Shown piece after piece: positions 55,195-64,000 of a stretch of DNA of 64,000 bases (position 1 is the first letter of the stretch; every line of letters starts with the position of its first letter). The stretch is from Vicugna vicugna (lineage: Eukaryota), in contig MU058010.1 in assembly GCA_013265495.1 (NCBI GenBank), positions 285,145 to 349,144 on the forward strand, in the 5' to 3' direction. A model generated the notes under the pieces. The model did not search any database. It was not told the DNA's origin and worked only from the letters and a program-made list of their open reading frames with translations. Both the position numbers and the translations under genes were made by a program.

Positions 55195-58039
55195 TGCTAA
55201 CCATTTTTTATCTTCAGACACTTGGGGTCCAAATGGGAGAGAATCGTCTTTCCTTCATTTAAGAGTGTGAAATGTGAACTGTCTTATCAGGCTTATTACC
55301 CTGTGACCACTGACTTTACCTGAGAAGCCTTTCCCTCATTTTCTGTTCCCTGGTCAAGAAGGAACTGGTGCTCTGGTGCCCAGGGTGAGAGCCCATGAAA
55401 ACTTCTCTGGGATACCCAGAATCAATTGTTCAAGTTTTACTCAACTTGATTTGCATTGTGACTCCTGGCACAGAGGGTGGCGGTGTTTTGGCCCTACATT
55501 TATTTGGTTCTTTATAGTACTTGTCTGGAGTTTTTTTTTTATTTTTTTTTCTTTTCCCTCTTCGCTTATATTTTTATTTTGTATTGAATTGTGTGTTTCA
55601 TTAAACATCCTTATCTTCCATACCAGACTTGGCTCTTTTGAAAGGATAAATGCATTTGTTTTCTTTCCTCTAACATTGAGTCAAGTTTCCTGTCCTGAAA
55701 CTCAGCTATTATCCATTATTAATGCTATTTTTGTTTCTTTACCAAGGGTGCCAATTTTGTATCTAAGTTGACATATTTTATTTAAGGAATAAGATAGGGA
55801 ACCAAGTAATTTTTTCCCCTTTAGTGAAAAGCTAATGTTAACTTTCATACCACCGGCATCACTACTACCAAATCATTTGACTTCATATAATATTTGTCCA
55901 TATTCCTATCTGTTGGAAAAATCAAGTTTTGTCTCTGTGTGTGTGTGTACTATATCACTAATTGACTTACATGATTGACTACCACTGACTTACATTTATA
56001 TGTTGAATAGCCAGAATTTAGTATAAATTTTAATATATTTTAGAGTTCTCACATTTTATGGCTTTATGCTGAACCCATGATTGGACTAGTATGCTATGAA
56101 ATTTTTGTTCATTGATGTCACAGTATATGTTTCCTCCTGTAGAAAACTATGTGGCATTCCTGAAATTTTATGCTATGGGCACGTAGGGTCTTTCTGTCCT
56201 ATTTTATCAATATTCACTTTGTAGATAACTCCCCTTGGAACCACTAGCCACAGTGAAGCACCTCAATCATTCTAATCAATTGAATGCTGGTATATTCTGA
56301 AAGGATTTAAGGTTCTAGTAGCTTTGTATTATGTGTTTCCTTAACACTGTCTTTATTTATACTTTTTCTAAGTTCTGACCCAGAATTTTTTGAGGCATCC
56401 TATATTTGAATGTAATTAAGAGGAAACTAGTTCAGTTAGCTTCATGACAATTCTTTCCTTCATTGCATAATTGTCTATTTGCTATTCTGTTCTCATTCTG
56501 TTACTTTATGTACTATTTTTGCTTTTCTTGTTCTTAGCCTCTTATTTCTAAGTGGATTCTTATAATCTCCTTTGGAACTCTCTGTGATTCTAACTGTTGG
56601 CTTTAGTAATTACCTCTCTTGCCATTTAAAGATGACTTTTCCCCCTAATTTTATCCTCCCCAAATTCAGGTCTCCATCTATTTTTTTTTTTCTTAACCAT
56701 GGGTCTTAGCTGTAGCCTAATCCTGTATTTGTGATGTCCCTTGTCTGGATCCTGCCTTCAGACTTTCCTTTGTCTTACCACACCTTGATCAGTGTCCACA
56801 TAATTCTCCCATTCTTTTTGAAGTGTAGATCACAGACCTGGGCCTCTGGTATCTTTGGACAAAGCAGTAGACATCCTTTATTGCTGAAGTATAACAGAGT
56901 TGCTTGAAAAATGTATCACAGAGATTTGGTTTGAATGCTCCTCAAACACACCAACCAAATCAATGGCTTGAACTGAAGCATGAACCCAAACACCAAATGA
57001 ATTTCTGAAAGACCATTGATTTATTTATAGAAATTTCTGAATGAAAATTTTATTTATTCTACTGTGGGAGCAGAGAATAAAAACTACAAACAGTCAATAC
57101 TAAGAAATGCAGCAAGGTGTCATTCTTAATGGGTTTCTGTTTGGAATAAATACAGAAACATCTTTGCCATTAATATTCTGGCATTAGAGAAAGAGCAAGA
57201 ATTTTTAAAATGGCATAGGAAAAATTAAAATCAAGGCAAAGAATCAGTTATTTAAGAGTATTTTGCAGAGTTATTATTTTAAAATGTGACCTAGTTAGCA
57301 AATGTTACAGGAAAAGACCCTCTTACTTTTTTTTCATTACTTCTGAATAAAGTAATCCACAACATAGTATTTCCTGTGTCACTTTCTCTTACCTCTACTA
57401 CCCCAGTGCTGTTCCCACAAAGTACCACCCAAAACTTCACTCTCTGTCAGTGAGGTCAGCTTCTGGGGATGGAGCTACAAGGATCAGCTGCCTTTACACC
57501 CAAGGACCTGGGTTCTATTTTTTGCTTGGATCCTGTATCCAGCTCCAAATTTCTCTTTTCCTCTATGACCAACCTTTACCTGGTCCACTAATTAATCTTG
57601 AACATGTAGTTAATTAACCACTTGTGAGTTTAGAGGATTTTGCCAAAGTAGATCTTGAACATAAGTATCTTGTTTATGGTATTTTAATGATTTCTCATTA
57701 TCCCTCTTTTGTTAAATGAAATTCCGAAAGTCAGGCAGGGATTGCCACGTCAAAGGTGCTTCTGTTTCATACGTGTTAATGAATAGCAACGGGAAGCCAA
57801 ATTTAAATAGAATAAAGCATGGGTATTTATTTTAGAATAACATGGTTGAGAAAGGACAAAATCTCAAGGAAGCCCATCATAATTGTATATACTTTTGTAT
57901 TTACCATTTATCGATCACCTCTTATATTTCAAGCCCTATGCCTCATGTTTTGAATATACTGTCCTTTTCCACATAGCATCTAGTGACCTTTTAGTAAAAA
58001 CTAAATGAGATGTCATTCCCAAGCCTCAAAAATCTGATA

Positions 58040-60220
58040 GCTTGAAATGTGCTTTGTTTTATATTAATATAGCCACTACAGCTTTATTTTGATTAGTGAG
58101 ATAGCATGGGTTATTTTTTTTTGTCCCTTTTCTTTTAACCCACTGGTGTTACAGGCAGTGTATCAGTTGAATATTGCTTTTTTTAAAATCCGATGTGATG
58201 ATTTCTGTTTTTTAACTAAAGTAGCCATTTTTTAATGTGGTTATTAATATGTGGGGTTTGAATCTACCATCTTGCTATTTATCTATTTATGTCATCTATT
58301 GATACTCATTTTCTCTTGGATTGAGTATTTTAATGACTTTATCTTTCTGTTGGCTTATTAGTTATTACTTTTTGTTTAATTTGTAGTTGCTTTAGGGTTT
58401 ATAAGATATATTTTTTTTAGTACCTTCAAATGATATGATACCACTTGAAGTGTGGAATGAAGCCATAAAACAGTACACTCCCATTTTGGGCTTCGTACTG
58501 TTGGTATCACACATCTTACCTCGGCATATGTTTAAAACTCTTAACACATTGTTATTTTTACTTTCAACAATCAGTTGTCTTTTATATCTACACACTACAG
58601 TGTTCCTCACTTTGCTGTGTAAATCTTGACTTCCATCTGGAATCATCTTTTTTCTGCCTGAAAAACTGCCTGTAGCATTTCTTGCAGTGCTAATGAATTC
58701 TTTCAGTTTTTGTCTGTCTGAGGGAGTCTTTTTTAACCTTCATTTTGAAAAGCATTTTCATGGGTATGGAATCCCAAGTTGATAGTTTTTTTCTTTCAGC
58801 ATGAAACATGTTTCTTTCAGCATTTTAAACATGTTGCTTCTTGTTTGAATTATTTGGGCAAGAAATCTGCAATTACTCTTAACTTTGTTCCTCTGTATTT
58901 GTGTCTTTTTCCTTACAGTTGTTTTTGAAGATTTTCTCTGTTACTAGTTTTGCATAATTTGATTATGATTTACCTTGAATATAGTTTTCTCACATTTTTG
59001 TCCTTGGGTTTCATTGAGTTTACTGGTTCTGTGGATTTATAAATCCTAATTAAATTTGGAATTTTTTTTTTTTAGCCATTACATTTTTCAAATATTTTTC
59101 CTGTACCTCCTTTTCTCTATTTCAGGTATGTAAGTTATACGTGTATTATTTTATTATTACACATGTATTAGTCTTCTTAAAGTTGTTCCACAGCCCCCTG
59201 ATATCTTTTTATTTTCTTTTTCCTCTTTTTTTCATTTTGAATAATTTCTGTGGCCATGTATTCCAGTTCACTAATCTTTTCTTTTTTGGTGTCTAATCTG
59301 CTGTTTTTGCCCATTCAGCCATCTCCAATATAGCTTTCTACTCTAGAAATGCAGTTTGGTAATTTAAAAAATATATATTTTTCATGCCTTTGCATAAAAT
59401 TCTTAATCTTTCCTCAACCTCCTCAAACATGAAATATAATCAGAGTAACTTTAAACTTTTCTGTCTAGTCTTTCTGTCAGTTGTGTCTTCATTAAATTTT
59501 CTCCTCGTTGCTTTTATTTTCCTGATTCTCTGGGTGCCATGCTGTACTCTAGATTCTTCTGTATTCTTACAAGTATTTTTGAACTTTGTTTTGGGAAGCA
59601 GTTAAATTACTTGGAAACAGTTTGGTACTTTCATGGCTTGTTTTAAGCTTTGTTACATGAAATCAGAGTAGCCTTGAATCTAGAGCTTACTTCTCCCTAC
59701 AGTTGAGAATACCCTTCTGAGCACCCTACTCAATGCCCCATGAATTATGAGGCTTTTCCACTCTGGCTGGTGCAAACAGGCACTGTTCCCAGCTTTGTCT
59801 AAGGATCAGGCACTGCTACCTCCAGTGCATTTGACTGATTCTTTTCCCAGCTTTCAGTAGTTTTCTCACATGCATGCGCTGATCAGTACTACAGGTAAAG
59901 ACATGAGGGGGAACCTCTTGAGATCTCCAGAGCTTTCTGTCCGTGCTGCTCTGTCCTTTCTGGACCTCTGTCCTGAGAACTCTAGCTGCCTTGGCATTCC
60001 CAGACTCTTTCCTCTCTTGTCTCAACTCATGGAGACCTCCTGGCTCCACCTAGATTCCTTCTCCCTGTGCTATAGTTTGGAAACTCTTCCCAGACAATAA
60101 GCTGGGGCAGGCATGGAGTGCGCCTGAGAAACTGTGTGTGTCAGCATCTGAAACTGTTGCCTGGGGAGGGAATGGGAAGTAAGTTTAGTCCCTGTTTTTC
60201 CATCTTTGGCCAGGAGGGAA
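58040..60220 (-). mobile_element. Old L1 (L1MC/ME-like) ORF1/5' region
   Basis: T-rich strand with ttttctgcctgaaaaactgcctgtagcatttcttg and ttttgaagattttctctg...tttgattatg, degenerate ORF1 motifs. Confidence 0.7.
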
Positions 60221-61599
60221 TTTCCCTCTGAACCTCCTAATGGTTTCTATTCCCATTATAATTTGTAAGAAGATCTAGTACCTATTTCCTCAGCCTCATG
60301 TTCACTACTCCCTTTTTGTCCGCTGTATTTCAGCCATGTTCAGTGTCTGCTTCCATCTCAGATTTGCTGTTACCCTTGCTGCTCCCTCTGCTTCAGCCCA
60401 GATGCCAGTTCCATGTGGTCGCACTCATGATAATGATGTGCTCATCATTCTCTATCTATGCTGTCCTACTTATTCATAAGGACTTACCCTTATCTAAAAT
60501 GATCTTGTCTATTGGTTTTATTGTTTCTCTGTCTTTTTCTGTTTACTTATAGTACCCTCCATTTGGACCAGGTCCATGTCATCTTATTTTCAGTGTGTAT
60601 CCCCAAGGCCTAAAACAGTACTTGGCACATAATAAGTGTTCAGTGAATAACTGGACACATAAACGAATGAGTGATTATATCTGGCTGCCACATAACTCCA
60701 GAAATAGGCCTTACCATTTCATAGCTGAGGCAGCTTGCTCACTCAACCAGTAACTGGTACAGCTCAGCTGTGAAGCACAGTTTTGTGGCACTGAAGGACA
60801 TCCTGCATTTTTTTATGGTGACAGTCACTCCTGGATTTTTCTTTGCTGTAGGTGCCCAGCACACTTGAAGTTGCCTGTAGCGGTGGTTTCCGTTTGCTTC
60901 ATCACCGGAGCGAATTTATTTTTAATATTTACAAGTTAACTTGAACTAATAAATACAAATTACTTAGTATGTTTGGGTAGGAACTTAAATTACTGAATTG
61001 TTGAAATTCAGTTTTTGGAAACTGTCAGTTTCTATGTTTTCTTCTTTGAGATTTTAAATCTTCTAAATAAACAACTGAAAAGTGGCAGCATTTGAGTCCA
61101 TAATAGGAGTTATGGTTGGTTTTGTTGCTTTTTGGTGTAGAAACATGATTCTTTCTAGTTAGAACATCTATGTAGTATTGAAATTTTATGGCACAATCTG
61201 CTTAATGTGTTTCATTTGCAAAAACAAAACAAAACATCATTATAGTCACATACTAATTACTAGCCATGCATCATTCATTTGAAATAAAGCTGAAAGCATT
61301 TTGTAGTTATAAGCAAAAAGGTCTCTTATGATTCATCACTTTGCAAACAGCATTGTTTTAAGGTTTCTTTTTAGATCCAAGCATCGTCCAGTGCCTGAGA
61401 AGCATTTTCCATATTCTGCACGTCTCATTGTATAGGTCTGGATCTTCTCTTCTAAGACTGTTTTGGAAACGTAATGGAGAAGGGGAGATTGGACTTATGA
61501 ACCAAGTTACTATAGAGTTAGGCAATTTTACCACACTGGTGGCTTAAGGTATAGTTATTGTATATATATATATTACTGGTTTATACTCATTCTTGAAAA

Positions 61600-64000
61600 A
61601 TTTTATGAAAATAGTTTGTATACATGCCACTTACATAGTCTCAAAACATCTTCCTATAAATTACTTATTAATTACAGAGAAAAAATACAACTTTACATTG
61701 GAAAAACTGGTGGACATCATCTTAGCTAAGTATGTATGTATAACGTGTATTTTTTTTTCCTTTATTGTACACACGAACAAAGAGGCAGGAGAGAATATGA
61801 TGAAGCAAATGGTAGAAAATGGAAACATTTATTTAATCTGAGTAAAGAGTTTTTGTATTCTTAAAACTGAAATTCTAAGAAAAAGTTTTAAAAATTTACA
61901 GTAACAAAAAACCATAAAATACTTAGGAAGAAATTTTTTAAAACCCGTGGAAACCACTAACAGTGATAAAATGGATAAAATATGCAGGTCATTTGTTGTA
62001 AGAGGGGAGACAACCAGCAGAAGAAAACTGCAACCTTGAGAAAACAGGAATTCCATGAACTTACGAACACTCAGCTTTTGTCCTGGTGAAAGTTTCCACT
62101 TACAGCAAAGAGAGTGAGTCAGAGCAAAGGGCATGTTTTTTCTCTGAGTGGAGGAGGCAGAGATCAGAATTTATAGCAGCCAAAACAGGGCTCATTATAG
62201 GGGAGTGAATTGTGCAGAAAGGGACTCCAGTAGTCATGTGAGGATCTCCCTTGAGTCTGTCCCTGGGGGCTGAGATGTTCATAGACTAAGCAAGATTGGC
62301 CAGATAGCACTTGCTACAATGTGAGGGTAGAACAGAGATACCACAGGTCCACCATTACTGGGAGGTATCGGAGTTCTGGCTCTGCTGAAACAGAAAGCTT
62401 CTGAATGTCTTATTAACTTACTTGCCATTCATTCAAACAACTGGAAAGGTTATACCTCAGGAAAGAGGATTAATGTCCTAAAAGAGTACCTACTGTAGAC
62501 CCACCCTAATAAAACCTATAATCATACATCCTACTGTAGTCACACAACCTCACAGACTCCTCAGGGAAGAATGAGTTCTACCAAGTTAGATGCGCCAGGG
62601 AAACATCTTCCACTTTCCATTAGACCCACACTAACGTAGTGTAAGCTCAAGCCTATTAAGCCTATTAGGTAGGAAGCCTTTTGAGCACTTTAAGGTGATC
62701 ACCCAGGGATTGATTTGGCTGCTAAGAGTGAATATTCTTCAAAGGAATATTACAACTCCAGAGTGGTTACAACATTGCCATGTTTAATTAAGAAGTAAAG
62801 AATAACAAAACGGGAAATACCATCAAAGGAAAAAACAAACAGGGTGGTCCAGATTTTGGATTTCAAAAAAAAAGGCTTTAATGTGGATATTATAAATGTG
62901 TTCAAAGAATGAAAGGAAATTATCTTTAAGGAATTAAAGGAAAACATGACTTTAATTAAGGACTCTTTGCAGGAAGATGACAACTATAAAAATTTGCCAT
63001 ATGGGAATTCTTAGACCGAAAAGTTCAATAACTGAATTGAAATATTCAGTTGAGGGGTTAATAATATGTTAGATATAGTCAGACACTCTAAAACACCTGT
63101 AATTGGAATCCTAAAAGAAGAAGAGAGTGAGAGTGTGGCTGACAAAATTTTTGAAGAAATGATGACCAAGAAATACCAAATTAAGTGAAAAACAAAAACT
63201 TGATGTTTCAAGAATTTCAGCAAACCCCAACCAGGTTAAATATGAAGAGAAAGACACTTGGCAAATTCTAATCAAACTCCTGAAGGCCAAAGGTAAAGAG
63301 AAAATCATGAAAGTAACTTGAGGAGGGAAATGAGACACATGTAAGAAAATAAAGAGAAATTTAGCTGACTTTGCAAAACCTGGAATGCAGAAGTCAACAG
63401 AAGGATGTGTTTAAAGTGTTGAAATAAAAAGCTCGTTAAACTCAGAATTCTCAACTTAGTAGATACTCTTCTCAAAATGTAAAATAAGCACATTTTTATT
63501 TATGTGACAACTGAGAGAGTTTGTGGCCATCAGACCTGCCCTATGAGAAATGCTAAAGGTTGTCCTTCAGGGCAAGTGGAAATGATACTAGACGAACACT
63601 CATATCCACAAAAAGCAATGAAGAGGACGTGAGAGAGTAAATAAACTGTGTTTTCTTTCTTCTTGTAATTTACTTAAAAGAAAACTAATAATTTAAAGAA
63701 TAACACTTCAAGATGGAGCTTATATGTACATAGAAGTAAAAGATATGATAGCTGTTGCATGAATCATGGGATTGGACAAGTGTAATTGTGCTGCTGTAAC
63801 ATTATAGCACGTGTGAAATGAATCAGAAGGTGTGAAATACTTCGAAGGGGAAGCAGGAAATTAAAAAAAAATGAGCAGGCACAATATTGACTTAATAGTA
63901 ACTAAAAAATATATAGTGACTCTAAATAGACTACATATGGATGCATATTGTTAGTCCTAGAGCACCCAGGAGAAATATAAGAAAGAGGTATAGTTAAGAA
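61600..64000 (+). mobile_element. Old L1 fragments (3' piece about 61600-61900; 5'/ORF1 region about 61950-64000)
   Basis: A-rich strand with gtaattggaatcctaaaagaag, cagcaaaccccaaccagg and cagacctgccctatgagaaatgctaaagg, degenerate ORF1 motifs. Confidence 0.7.

Noticed and set aside
58040..64000. Large inverted arrangement of old L1 ORF1 regions as a dsRNA source
   Set aside because: The copies appear too diverged for stable pairing and look like independent ancient insertions.

Overview
Mammalian genomic DNA, very likely camelid (three tRNA-derived SINEs match the camelid Vic-1 type). It is AT-rich and repeat-dense, with one assembly gap (49069-49641). The window lies inside a + strand diaphanous-related formin gene, DIAPH3. 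Three consecutive FH2-domain coding exons (26024-26119, 32017-32111, 36378-36479) have canonical AG/GT sites and splice in frame. The rest is intron containing L1, L2, MIR, MaLR/ERV LTRs, MER58 and SINEs, plus a tailless 5S rRNA retropseudogene. In the supplied ORF track, only the L1 ORF2 remnants are recognisable proteins. I see no new multi-gene system. The best leads are a mini-L1 made of only the 5' head and 3' tail, two poly(A)-tailed LTR-derived retroposons ending at the same position, and three short non-tandem local duplications, two with template-switch or fold-back junctions. Repeat subfamily names come from recalled consensus features and need RepeatMasker/Dfam confirmation.
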